This document shows, piece after piece, positions 27,501 to 37,461 of a DNA stretch of 64,000 nucleotides. Each line of letters begins with the position of its first letter. Position 1 is the first letter of the stretch. The stretch comes from an uncultured Planctomycetaceae bacterium. Lineage in GTDB: Bacteria > Planctomycetota > Planctomycetia > Gemmatales > Gemmataceae. The stretch lies in contig CAWFBG010000025.1 in assembly GCA_963813925.1 (NCBI GenBank), positions 2,275 through 66,274 on the forward strand, written 5' to 3'. The notes under the pieces were generated by a model, which worked only from the letters and a program-made list of their open reading frames with translations, was not told where the DNA came from and did not search any database. The position numbers and the translations under genes are program-made.

Positions 27501-29931
27501 GGCTTGGGCGCCGGTTCGTCGTTCCATTTTTTGAGGGCGCCGGAGAGGTTCGCTGCCGCGAACAGGTGTTTGAGCAGGCCGGGCCGGTAGGACTCCTTGC
27601 GATACTGGGCGGCGGGACTGAACTCGACGGGGGCCGAAGCTTTGCCGGTGTTGCTCTGCCAGCCAATGACGCCCTCGGCGCGGACCCGGTCGTCGGTGTC
27701 GTAGGGGCCGACCGGCGTCCAGGCCAGCCAGAGGCGGTCGCGGGCTTCGTCGCGCATGAAGAAGGTGAACAGCGGTTTGCGTTCGTCCTCGCCCTGATCG
27801 ACCTGGAGGGAAACGTCCTTGCCGCCGATCCGCAGCACGATCGAGTCGCCCGGCTTCACGTCCCAGGCGGCGTCGTAAACGTCCTGCGGCGACCGGAAGG
27901 CCTGGAGCGCCTTGCCCTTTACGACCCCTTCGACGACGGCGCCCGCACCGACTTTCTGGTCCGCCAGCGCTTGCCTGTTGACGGCGGACAGGGCGGCGGC
28001 GTCCGCGGACGCCAGGACCACTTTCCCCTCCTTTTCCTCGACGACGAGGCCGGGGACCGCGCCGGCCCTGCCGATCACCTTGTCCAGATCGGTCAGGCCC
28101 CAGACGGCGACGGTCTGGTCCTCCGCCGCCGACGCCAGCAGCCGGCCGTCCTTGCTGAACGCCAGGGCGCGGACGACGTTGACGTGGCCGGAGAAGCGGC
28201 GCAGACGGCGATCCGCGACCACGTCGAACAGCTCCAGGTAGGAGACGCCCTGTTCGACGTAGCCGACGGCTAAAAGGGGCTTGTCCAACGGTTTGCAGGG
28301 CGGCAGCAGGGCGAAGCACGGCAGCAGCGGACGGAACGTCGCCGGCTGGCCCAGGCCGAGGTGGACGGCGCCCACCTTCACGCCGTCCTTTTCGACAGTG
28401 AAGACGTTGCCGTCGCCGGGGACGACCTTCCAGCCGTCGAGATCGGGGCCGTCGTCGTTCCAGCCGTCGCGGCCTTGCCGGAGGCCGTGGCCGTCGGGGT
28501 CCAGAACCCACTCGCCGGCTTCCCCGCCCCCCGTCTTGTCCTGGCGGAGCAGCAACCCCGGCGCGCCCGCCTTGCGGACGAAGGCCACCCCGGCGACGTG
28601 GGCGCCCGCGCTGCCGAGTTTCTGGAGCGGTTCGTTTTTCCCCTTCAGAAGGTCTTCTCGGGAGTATATCCAGACCTCGTGGTCCGCCCCGCCCGAGACC
28701 GCCAGCCGGGCGCCGTCCGGCGATGCGGCGGTCACGGCCACGGGGCCGGCGGTTTTCCACAGCGGCACGGACGCCTTGACGACGCCGAAGCCGCCGGCGG
28801 CGGTGCGGGCGATCATCACCAGCCGGTAGGGCGGCGCCTGTCCGGGAAACTCCTCCACGGCGGCCGCCAGGTCCGACGGCCCGCCGTCAGTCGCGGGCAG
28901 TAATATCAGGCTTCTGAGAGCGCCCTTGTTGAGAAACTCCGTCCGGTCGGAATCCTTGCGCGGCCCGTCGGCGGCCAGCGGCCAGGTCTGCACGTAGGAC
29001 CCGTTCGTCGCATCGCCCTTTTTCAACCACAGGCCGCCCGCGAACAGGACTCCCTCATCAGGGGACTTGCCGGGGCGGAAAGCGGCGGTACAGGTGAACT
29101 GCCAGGAAGGGTCGAGTGGCGTGCTGAACAGGCGGTCCTTGCCGGCGTCCCAGTAATTCAGACGGCCGGGGGGCGCTTCCTTGCCGCGGCCGAAGTCACG
29201 GGCCAGCGCCACGGCCACGCCCACGTCTTTGACTTTCGGCCCGGTGTACCAGGCTTCCAGGCCGGGCGGCTCATTGCCGCCGGGGTCGGGCAGGTCGGTG
29301 CGCTCGGCCAGCAGCCGTCCGGCGGCCGCGTCCCACAGCCGCACCGCCATCGTCTTGCCCTCGCGGCCGACCGAAACCAGCAACGGCGGCTGGCCCTTTC
29401 GTTCCGGCAGGAACTTGAGGCGCAGCACTGGGCGCGGTGCGCCCGCAGCGGCGTCACCGCGTCCCGGTCCTTGGTCAAATCGAACAGATAAATGGCGCCC
29501 CAATCGAGCTGCATGGCGTCCGACAGCCGGCCGGGCAGAGGCACGATCCGGCCGGTGTCGCCGAAGCCGGCGGTCCCGCGGACAGCGCCGCTGCCGGCCG
29601 CGGCCAGCCAGCGGCCGTCCGGCGACACGGCCAGCGCGTTGATGAGGCCGTTCATGCCGGGGCCGATGGGGACGTGGTACGTCGTCCGCGCCGCGAACGC
29701 CCCGGTTTTCTCGTCCCACGTCCAGGCGCGGACGACCTTGTCGAAGCCGCCGACGTAAAGTGTTTTGCCGTCCGGGCCGAAGGCCAAGGCGGTCACGGCG
29801 GCCATCGGCCCACCGGCGTCGAGTTGGAGGATGGGTTTGCCGTCGGCGGGGGGGACGAGCGGTTCCTCGGCGGCGCCCGCCAGGCCGGCGAGGACGAACG
29901 GGAACCACAGAACGCTGATGCGTGGGTGCAT
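24517..29931 (-). CDS. Giant (~1800 aa) secreted WD40-repeat protein with a C-terminal caspase-like (catalytically degenerate) domain; two frame breaks (~29433, ~25460)
   Basis: Signal peptide MHPRISVLWFPFVLAGLAGAAE. WD40 strings 'ALAFGPDGKTLYVGGFDKVVRAWTWD' and 'GHVNVVRALAFSKDGRLLASAAEDQTVAVWGL'. Three ORF-track pieces (29158-29931, 25070-30004, 24517-25452) join colinearly. Confidence 0.8.
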
Positions 29932-30077
29932 GAGGTCGGAAGTCCTTCACGGAAGGGGCTATCCGCCAGTTTAACATACGGCAACTTTTTCGGCGAGCGC
30001 CCACGAAAGCGTTTCAGTCGCGCCAATCGGTGATACAATAGCAGAGTGATGAAGGACGCGGACCAGGACGAGACCCC

Positions 30078-32538
30078 GTGAGCAGACCTTCTCAATCCAC
30101 GTACCCGACAGGCGACGACGGCGCCCTCCTCGATGAGTTGGCCGATCGGCTGGAGGCGGCGTGGCGCGCGGGGCCGACGACGAGCCTCGATCCGTTTCTG
30201 CCGTCGCCCGGCGCGCGACGCGGCTGCGCGTGCTGCACGGGTTGATCGGCCGGGACGTGCAGATCGCCTGGCGCCGCCGGCAGGGCCGGATGCTGGAACA
30301 ATACCTGAAGCGGTATCCGGAACTCGGACCCAAACAAGACCTGCCGGCCGCCCTGGTCTTCGCGGAATATCGCGCCCGGCTGTCCGTCGGCGAATCGGCG
30401 TCGGCCGACGAATACCGACGGCGTTTTCCCGATCAGTTCCCGGAATTGCTGCGCCTGATCAACGCCGCCGATCAGGGCGATGGCACCGGGACCGTTCTCG
30501 ACCCCCGCTCCAACCCTCCCCCTGACGGCCGCGGCGGAGCCGGGCGCGATAGCACCGGGACTCTTCTCGACCCCCGCTCCAACCCTCCCCTTGACGGCCG
30601 CGGCGGAGCTGGGCGCGACAGCACCGGAACCCTTCTCGACCCCCGCTCCAACCCACCCCCACCCGAGGGGGGAGGGAAGGCAACGGGGGCCGCCACGACC
30701 GACCACGCGCAATTCGCTCCCGATACGTCCGTCGCGAATTCCCACACGGTCGCGGGGGCGCCCAAGCCGGACGCCAACCTGTTATCGCCTCGTCCGTCCG
30801 TCTCGCAAGTGCTGCCGATCAGCGAAGGCATCAAGCTGTTCAAGTGCATCGGCCGGGGCCAGTTCGGCGAGGTGTTTCTCGGCGAGGCGCCCGGCGGCGT
30901 GAATGTGGCCGTCAAGCGCATCTTTCGCTCGCTCGACGACGAATCCAGCCAGCGCGAGCTGCAATCGCTGCAATTGATCCGCGAACTGCGGCACCCTTAT
31001 CTGCTACAAACGCAAGCGTTCTGGTCGCTGGAAGACCGGCTCGTGATCGTCATGGAGCTGGCCGAGGGCAGCCTGGCGGAATGGGACCGGGAGGTGCGGC
31101 GGAAGACCGGCGCGGGCATCCCGGTGGCGGAGTTGCTGCCCTATTTCCGGGAGGCCGCCGAGGCGCTGGATTATCTGCATTCCGTACACGTCTTGCACCG
31201 GGACGTGAAGCCGGCCAACCTGCTGCGTCTGAAAGGTTACGCCAAGGTGGCGGACTTCGGCCTGGCCCGGATGATCGAGTCGCGGCAGCTGGCCGCGGCC
31301 ACGTTCTGCGGCACGCCGCTGTACATGGCGCCGGAGGTCTGGAAGCAAAAGGTGAACGCCCAGAGCGATCAGTACAGTCTGGCGGCCACCTACGTGGAGA
31401 TGCGGACGGGCCGGCCGCTCTTTCCCGGCCCGGACTACGGAGAGATTTGTCGCCAGCACGCTTCGGTCCTGCCGGACCTGGCTGCGCTGGAAGAGGCGGA
31501 GCGGCGCGTCCTGCTGCGGGCGCTGTCCAAGGAGCCGGAACGGCGCTACCCGAATTGTCGCTCGTTCGCGGACGCCCTGACGGCGGCGTTCGCGCCGCCC
31601 CCCGCTCCGGTCGCGGTCGCGCCGTGCGCCGCGGTCGCTGGGCGGTCGTCGCCGCCCTGGCCCTTGGCCTCCTGGTCGTCCTGATCGCCGTTTGGGCTTT
31701 TGGCCGCTTCTCCCCGAAGCCCCCGGCCGACGTGCAGGCGGCGCCCGCGCCGCACCCAACGCCGGGGCCGCTCCTCCCATCCGGATGCCAGCCGGACGGG
31801 AAGGAACGGGACGGACGCTATTTCAAGCGCATCCTGCACCCCCTGACAGGGGCGCCGCCGGTCCTGTTCCTGCTGATTCCCCAGAAGCATGCCGGCGAGC
31901 CGTCGCCGTTTTACATCATGCGCGACAAGGCGTCCAACGGGCAATTCAACGCCGCCGCCAACGACGAGGGCATGAAACGGCTACTCGATGAGGCGGCCAA
32001 GGCCGGCCCGTGGGCGGTTCGCCGCGAGTGGAACAAGGAGGGCCGCGGCGACCCCGCCCAGGCCGCGCTGCCGGTCGTTTACGTGACGTTTCCCGAGGCG
32101 CGGTGCTTCGCGCATTTCCTGGGGGGAGAATTGCCGACGGCGACGCAATGGGACAAGGCGGCCGGCCGGTACGACGGTGCCGCGGGTCCGTACCGGCCCG
32201 GGGCGCCGGCGAAAGGGCTTGCCATCGCCCGCAACCGCACGAAACTGGGGCCGATTGCCGTCGGCGACGCCGACGGGGATGAGAGCGTCTTCGGCTGCCG
32301 CGACATGGCCGACAACGGCCGCGAGTGGACGGCCACCGGACGAGACGAGTCGATCCAGCCGTCCGGCCCTCTGAGCGCGAGCGATTGGATGGTCTTGCGA
32401 GGCGCCACCTTCCTCGGCGACGAGGTTTTCCAGTTCACGGACCTTACAAAGCATCTACAAACCATGTCGCTCCGCGACGAGCCGCGCCTCGACATCGGCT
32501 TCCGCGTCGTGGTTGAGGCGCCGAGAGACCAACCCTAA
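30078..32538 (+). CDS. Ser/Thr protein kinase with TM helix and C-terminal FGE-sulfatase (SUMF1-like) domain; two frame breaks (~30213, ~31625)
   Basis: Kinase motifs 'GRGQFGEVF...VAVKRI', 'HRDVKPANLL', 'KVADFGLAR', 'GTPLYMAPE'. These are followed by 'WAVVAALALGLLVVLIAVW' and 'PFYIMRDKASNGQF...FGCRDMADNGREWT...LRGATF'. The start is a provisional GTG at 30078. Confidence 0.8.
30483..30660 (+). repeat. 69-bp (23-aa) in-frame tandem repeat, ~2.6 copies, inside the kinase linker
   Basis: Units start at 30483, 30552 and 30621 and encode 'GTGTVLDPRSNPPPDGRGGAGRDS'-type repeats. Units 1 and 2 differ at only a few bases. Confidence 0.9.
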
Positions 32539-32736
32539 CGCTTGAAGGCGACCGGAGGGCCGTCGCGGATCGTGGGAAAACCCTACCGCCCGCTGCGCGG
32601 TGAAAACATTGATTTTCGTTGACGGAATAGCCCGTCGCCATTAGGTTGAAGTCCGCGGCAGGGTTCGGCGCCACGATGAGCCATCGGGGTCTCTCGTCGC
32701 GCCGGGCGGTGCGGCTCGACCGAGGCGGTAATCCTC

Positions 32737-33519
32737 ATGTTCGGATGGTTTGGTCCCACCTGTCCTTGCGACCCGGCCGCCAAACGGTGGGTCGAAGACA
32801 GCCTTCAGTGGCTCGCCCGGCAGTTCGGCTATCACATCCTTCTGGAACGCCCGATCATCCTGCCGACGGCGGAATTCTTTCCCGACCCTTGGGACGGGTC
32901 GCCCAAGGCCGCCCGGAAAATGTTCCGCCGGGTCTGCTCCTACATGGGGGTGGACGACGACGCGGCCGAACTCAAGTTCTTCAACGACCCGACGCCGCAA
33001 GCGATCCACAGGTTAGACCCTTCGCGCGGTTTCGCGGCGGCGACTTGGTCGCCCGCGCAAGAGCCGTGGCAAAAGTCAACGATCCGCCTGGAAAAGGGGG
33101 GCCTGGACCACGCGGCCGAACTCGTCGGCTACTTGGCCCATGAGCTGGCCCACCAGCGGCTGCTTGGCGAGCACCGTTATTCGGCCGACCGCTACGACAA
33201 CGAATTGCTCACCGACCTCACCGCGGTCTTTCACGGCTTCGGCGTGTTCCTGGCCAACAACCCGCGCAAATCGACCGGCGAATTGCGTCGCTGGCCCGGC
33301 ACGCGGCTGCACCGGCCGGAATACCTCTCCGAACCGATGTTCGGGTACGCGATGGCCCACATCGCCTGGGTTCGCGACGAGCGTCGGCCGGCCTGGGCGA
33401 AGCATTTGCGCTGGACGCCGCGGGCGGTGTTCCGGCAGGGCGTGCGCTATCTGTACGAGACGGGTGAATCGACCTTCAAACCGGTGCGTTTACGGGTCGT
33501 AAAAGACGACGATGATTGA
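32737..33519 (+). CDS. Hypothetical protein with an HExxH motif (putative metallopeptidase-like)
   Basis: 260-aa ORF. 'LVGYLAHELAHQRL' is the HExxH motif. Composition is coding-like. Confidence 0.6.
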   Translation: MFGWFGPTCPCDPAAKRWVEDSLQWLARQFGYHILLERPIILPTAEFFPDPWDGSPKAARKMFRRVCSYMGVDDDAAELKFFNDPTPQAIHRLDPSRGFAAATWSPAQEPWQKSTIRLEKGGLDHAAELVGYLAHELAHQRLLGEHRYSADRYDNELLTDLTAVFHGFGVFLANNPRKSTGELRRWPGTRLHRPEYLSEPMFGYAMAHIAWVRDERRPAWAKHLRWTPRAVFRQGVRYLYETGESTFKPVRLRVVKDDDD

Positions 33520-33678
33520 CGCCCTGCCGTCGCGCACTCCGTTCCGCCGGTGAAGGCGCCGGACGCGCTTTTTCCCTCGCCGAAAATACTGGCTCTTCCC
33601 CTCCCGTCTCCGCTATACTGGCGTAGTCCTCCGTGTTCCCCCGCCGGTCGCCCTTCCCCCGTGGAGTTTCCGACTACC

Positions 33679-36600
33679 ATGAAGCCGTGGTCGCGCTTGC
33701 TTTTCGTCGTCCCGCTGTTGCTCCTGCCGGCCGCCGCCCGCGCCCAGGTGGCCCCCGAAAAAGCCCTGTCCACCTTCACCGTTCACGCCGACGGCCTGGC
33801 GCTGTCGCTGTGGGCGTCCGAGGAGGTCGGCGGCTTCTGCAACCCCACCTGCATCGACGTGGACCACAAGGGCCGCGTCTGGGTCTGCGAGTCGGTCAAC
33901 TACCGCCACACCCTCCACCACATCCCGGCGCGACGGCCCGAGGGCGACCGCATCCTCATCCTGGAAGACACCAAAGGAGAGGGCAAAGCGGATAAATGCA
34001 CCGTCTTCTACCAGTCGCCGGAAATCCTGGCGCCGCTCGGCATCGCCGTCGCCAAAGACCCGGCCGGGCCGGGTTACAAGGTCTTCGTCTGCCAGTCGCC
34101 CGACATCCTGGTCTTCACGGACAAGAACGGCGTCGGCAAGGCGGACGGGCCGCCCAAGAAGCTGCTCACCGGCTTCGGCGGCGTCGATCACGACCACGGC
34201 GTCCACGGCATCCTCATCGGACCCGACAACAAGCTGTATTTCAGCGTCGGCGACCCCGGCGGCTTGTGCGTCCACGGCCTGCAAAGCTCCGACGGCAAGG
34301 GCCGCAAGTGGACCACCAACGACACCGACTGCCGGGCCGGGACCATCTGGCGCTGCGACCTCGACGGCACGAACCTGGAACTCATCGCCGACGGGTTCCG
34401 CAACGAATATGAGCCGTGTGTGGATAGTTTCGGGACCGTGTTCGTCTCCGACAACGACGACGACGGCCAGCAGCAGACGCGCATCTGCTACGTCATGCCC
34501 GGCGGCGACTACGGCTACCAACTGCCGCACAAGGTCAGCCACTGGAACGAGGAGGTCCCCGGCATCGTGCCGAAAATCCTCCGCACCTACTTCGGGGCGC
34601 CGACCGGCATGTGCGTCTACGAGGGGACGCTGTTCCCGAAGAAGTATTGGGGCCAGCCGCTGCACACCGACGCCGGCCCGCGTCAGGTGCGCTGCTACCA
34701 CCTGACGCCGGACGGGGCCAGCTACGCCGTGGACCGCGAGGACATGGTGACCAGCACCGATACCTGGTTTCGGCCTTCGGACATCTGCATTGGGCCGGAC
34801 GGCAGCGCCTACATCGCCGACTGGTACGACCCCGGCGTCGGCGGCCACGGCATCGGCGACTTCACGCGCGGCCGCATTTACCGGCTGGCGCCGAAGGGGG
34901 ACAAGCCGAGCGCGCCGAAGGTGGATCTGGAAAGTAAGGAAGGGATTACTGCGGCGCTGGCGTCGCCGAACCTGGCGACGCGGTACATGGCGATGGCAAA
35001 GATCCAAAGCCTGGACGATCCGGCGGCGCTGGCCGTTCTGGCGCCGGCCGTCGCGCAGAAGGAAAACGTCTGGCTGCGCGCCTGCGCCCTCTGGGAACTC
35101 GGCCGTCGCGGCAACGCGGGCAAGAAGATCGTCGCCGACGCCTTCGGCGACCAAGACCCGCGCTTCCGCATCCTGGCGATGCGCATCGAAAAAGCGTTTT
35201 TCGACCGCTCTCCCGCCGATTACGGCACGCAATGGACGGACGCCCTGCTGAAAGACCCGTCGCCCGCTGTTCGCCGGGAGGCCTTGCTGCTCCTTCGCGA
35301 CGTGGACCCGGCGAGGGCCAGGCCGCTTATCTACGATCTCGCCAGGCAATACGACGGCAAGGATCGCTTTTATCTTGAAGCCGTCGGCATCGCCGTCGGC
35401 CACCACGACAAGGCCCGACGCGACGTGATCCTGGCCGACTTCGAGAAGGAGTTTCCCGACTGGAACGACAGGGTCGCGGATCTCGTGTGGGAGTTGCAGC
35501 CGCCGTCGGTGCTGCCGTCGCTGGGCAAGCGTCTGGCCGACAAGTCGCTGACGGCGGACCAGCGCGGCCGCATCGTGGACATCCTGGCGGCGGCCGACGA
35601 CAAGGCGGCCGGCGCCGCGCTGCTGACGGCGCTGGAAACCGGCGCGCCGCCGGAGGTCCGCCAGAAGGTGATCGACAACCTCAAGCGCTATCTGCCGAAC
35701 AAGTGGGCCGGCCTGCGCGGCAGCAAAGACCTGGCCGAAACGATTCAGAACCTCCTCAGCAAGCCGGAGTCGCGCGTCACGGGCCTGAACCTGATCGCGG
35801 CCGCCGAGAAGACGGATGCGGTCCCTCAAGTGGCAAAAGCGGCCGCCGACGCGAAAGAGGCGGAGGCGGTTCGCGTGACCGCGGTGCGGACGTTGGGGGC
35901 GCTGCCGTCCAACGACGCCGCCGCGGCGCTGGCGCAGCTGCTCGGCGACGGTTCGCCGGCGGTGCGCGTGGCGGCGGCGCTGTCCCTGGGTCAGCTGGCG
36001 CAGCGCAAGTCCGACCAACCGGGAGCGGCGCCGGCGCTGGCGGCGCTGCGAACCGCCTTCGCCAGCAAGGGCGCCGACCTCGGCGAGCGCCAGGCCGTCG
36101 CATCGGCGCTGGCCGGAAACCACTCTGGGTCCGCCTGGCTGATCGGCCTGGAGCAGAAGAAGCGGCTGCCCGACGACGTGCGCAACGACGTGGCCCGGCT
36201 GCTCCGCAACAGTCCCTTCCGCGATTTGCACGACAAGGCGCTGGCGCTGTTCCCGCCGCCGCCGAAGATGGACCTGAAAAAACTGCCGCCGATCGCGGTG
36301 CTGGCCCGGCGCCGCGGCGACGCCGCCAGGGGCAAAGCGCTGCTGGCCGCCAGCGCCAAAAACGACATGCAATGCCTCAAATGCCATACGATCCGCGGCG
36401 CCGGCGGTCAGGTCGGCCCCGACCTGTCAATGATCGGCAAGAAGGCCAGCCGCGAGAACCTCTACGAGTCGATCCTGCTGCCCAGCAAGGCCATCGCCGA
36501 TCAGTACCTCCAGTGGAAGATCGACAAAATGGACGGCGTGTCCGTCAGCGGCCTCATCGTGGCGGAGACGCCGACCTCGATCACGCTGCGCGACGCCAAC

Positions 36601-37227
36601 GCCAAGGACCAAAAAATCGACAAAAAGGACATCGATACGCGGACGAAACTGGCCGTGTCGATCATGCCGGAGAACATCGCCGCGTACATGACCGAGGACG
36701 ACCTGACGGACGTGGTCGAGTATCTGTTCACCCTGAAAACTCCGGTGCTGGGCATGGACTGGTGGCACGTGGCCGGCCCGTTCGACAACGGCATCGACGA
36801 CGCCGGCCTGGACCGCGTGTTTCCGCCGGAGAAGGGCGTCGACCCGAAGGCGACCTACGACGGCAAGAGCGGCAAGGTCGTCTGGCGGACGGTGAAGACG
36901 GACCCCCGGGGTTACGTCGATTTGCAGGCGTTCTACGCCCCGAACAGCGACGAGATCGTGTCCTACCTCTACCGGGACGTGGACTCGACGGCCGATCAGG
37001 ACGCGACCATCGCGCTGGGCGTTGACGACGGCGCCAAGCTGTGGGTGAACGGCAAGCTGGTGTATACGACCCGCACCCACATCTCCGCGATACCGGAGCA
37101 TGATTCGGTGAAGGCGCATCTGCAAAAGGGCAAGAACCGTCTGCTGCTGAAGATCAACAACGGCAACGGCCCCCACGGCTTCTACCTGACGCTGACGGCG
37201 GAACAGGAACTGAAGCGCGTCGAGTGA
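33679..37227 (+). CDS. PVC-type heme-binding (CxxCH) 'membrane-bound dehydrogenase domain' protein with HEAT repeats and a C-terminal beta-sandwich
   Basis: Signal peptide MKPWSRLLFVVPLLLLPAAARAQ. 'TFTVHADGLALSLWASEE' begins a beta-propeller-like N-terminal domain. HEAT-like repeats follow. Cytochrome c site 'CLKCHTIRGAGGQVGPDLS'. Confidence 0.85.
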   Translation: MKPWSRLLFVVPLLLLPAAARAQVAPEKALSTFTVHADGLALSLWASEEVGGFCNPTCIDVDHKGRVWVCESVNYRHTLHHIPARRPEGDRILILEDTKGEGKADKCTVFYQSPEILAPLGIAVAKDPAGPGYKVFVCQSPDILVFTDKNGVGKADGPPKKLLTGFGGVDHDHGVHGILIGPDNKLYFSVGDPGGLCVHGLQSSDGKGRKWTTNDTDCRAGTIWRCDLDGTNLELIADGFRNEYEPCVDSFGTVFVSDNDDDGQQQTRICYVMPGGDYGYQLPHKVSHWNEEVPGIVPKILRTYFGAPTGMCVYEGTLFPKKYWGQPLHTDAGPRQVRCYHLTPDGASYAVDREDMVTSTDTWFRPSDICIGPDGSAYIADWYDPGVGGHGIGDFTRGRIYRLAPKGDKPSAPKVDLESKEGITAALASPNLATRYMAMAKIQSLDDPAALAVLAPAVAQKENVWLRACALWELGRRGNAGKKIVADAFGDQDPRFRILAMRIEKAFFDRSPADYGTQWTDALLKDPSPAVRREALLLLRDVDPARARPLIYDLARQYDGKDRFYLEAVGIAVGHHDKARRDVILADFEKEFPDWNDRVADLVWELQPPSVLPSLGKRLADKSLTADQRGRIVDILAAADDKAAGAALLTALETGAPPEVRQKVIDNLKRYLPNKWAGLRGSKDLAETIQNLLSKPESRVTGLNLIAAAEKTDAVPQVAKAAADAKEAEAVRVTAVRTLGALPSNDAAAALAQLLGDGSPAVRVAAALSLGQLAQRKSDQPGAAPALAALRTAFASKGADLGERQAVASALAGNHSGSAWLIGLEQKKRLPDDVRNDVARLLRNSPFRDLHDKALALFPPPPKMDLKKLPPIAVLARRRGDAARGKALLAASAKNDMQCLKCHTIRGAGGQVGPDLSMIGKKASRENLYESILLPSKAIADQYLQWKIDKMDGVSVSGLIVAETPTSITLRDANAKDQKIDKKDIDTRTKLAVSIMPENIAAYMTEDDLTDVVEYLFTLKTPVLGMDWWHVAGPFDNGIDDAGLDRVFPPEKGVDPKATYDGKSGKVVWRTVKTDPRGYVDLQAFYAPNSDEIVSYLYRDVDSTADQDATIALGVDDGAKLWVNGKLVYTTRTHISAIPEHDSVKAHLQKGKNRLLLKINNGNGPHGFYLTLTAEQELKRVE

Positions 37228-37254
37228 GAAGTGACTGCGACGTCGAAAGCCGTT

Positions 37255-37331
37255 GAACCGCCAAGACGCCAGGAGCGCCAAGGAAAGACAAGAAATTGTT
37301 TTCCTTGGCGCTCCTGGCGTCTTGGCGGTTC
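37255..37331. repeat. Perfect 32-bp-stem hairpin after the heme-binding protein gene (family-A-related core AGCGCCAAGG)
   Basis: GAACCGCCAAGACGCCAGGAGCGCCAAGGAAA (37255-37286), 13-nt loop, TTTCCTTGGCGCTCCTGGCGTCTTGGCGGTTC (37300-37331). Confidence 0.9.
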
Positions 37332-37461
37332 GGTTGCCCGAAAAAATCGAACCGCTCCCGGCCGGCCCCCCCTGCCGTGTGCTACGGTTCATCTGGAAGC
37401 CGCCAGGCGCGGGGAAGCGACCCACGAAGCGAACACAATCCCAACGGGCCGGGTCCCAATC

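Noticed and set aside
32000-32538. A possible diversity-generating retroelement (DGR) target, because FGE-sulfatase/C-type-lectin domains fused to kinases are classic DGR variable proteins.
   Set aside because: I found no reverse-transcriptase-like ORF in the window and no second near-identical copy (template repeat) of the 3' end of the gene. Excluding a distant DGR would need a whole-genome search for a ~100-bp repeat that differs only at adenines.
33613-36387. A 924-aa ORF antisense to the heme-binding protein gene. Similar long antisense or out-of-frame ORFs occur elsewhere (e.g. 1495-2940, 44740-46890, 18811-20466, 57880-59235, 27000-28760).
   Set aside because: Their translations are Arg/Pro/Gly/Ala-rich low-complexity sequence with no motifs. 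They overlap genes that have strong family signatures on the other strand. These are typical shadow ORFs of very GC-rich DNA, which has few stop codons.
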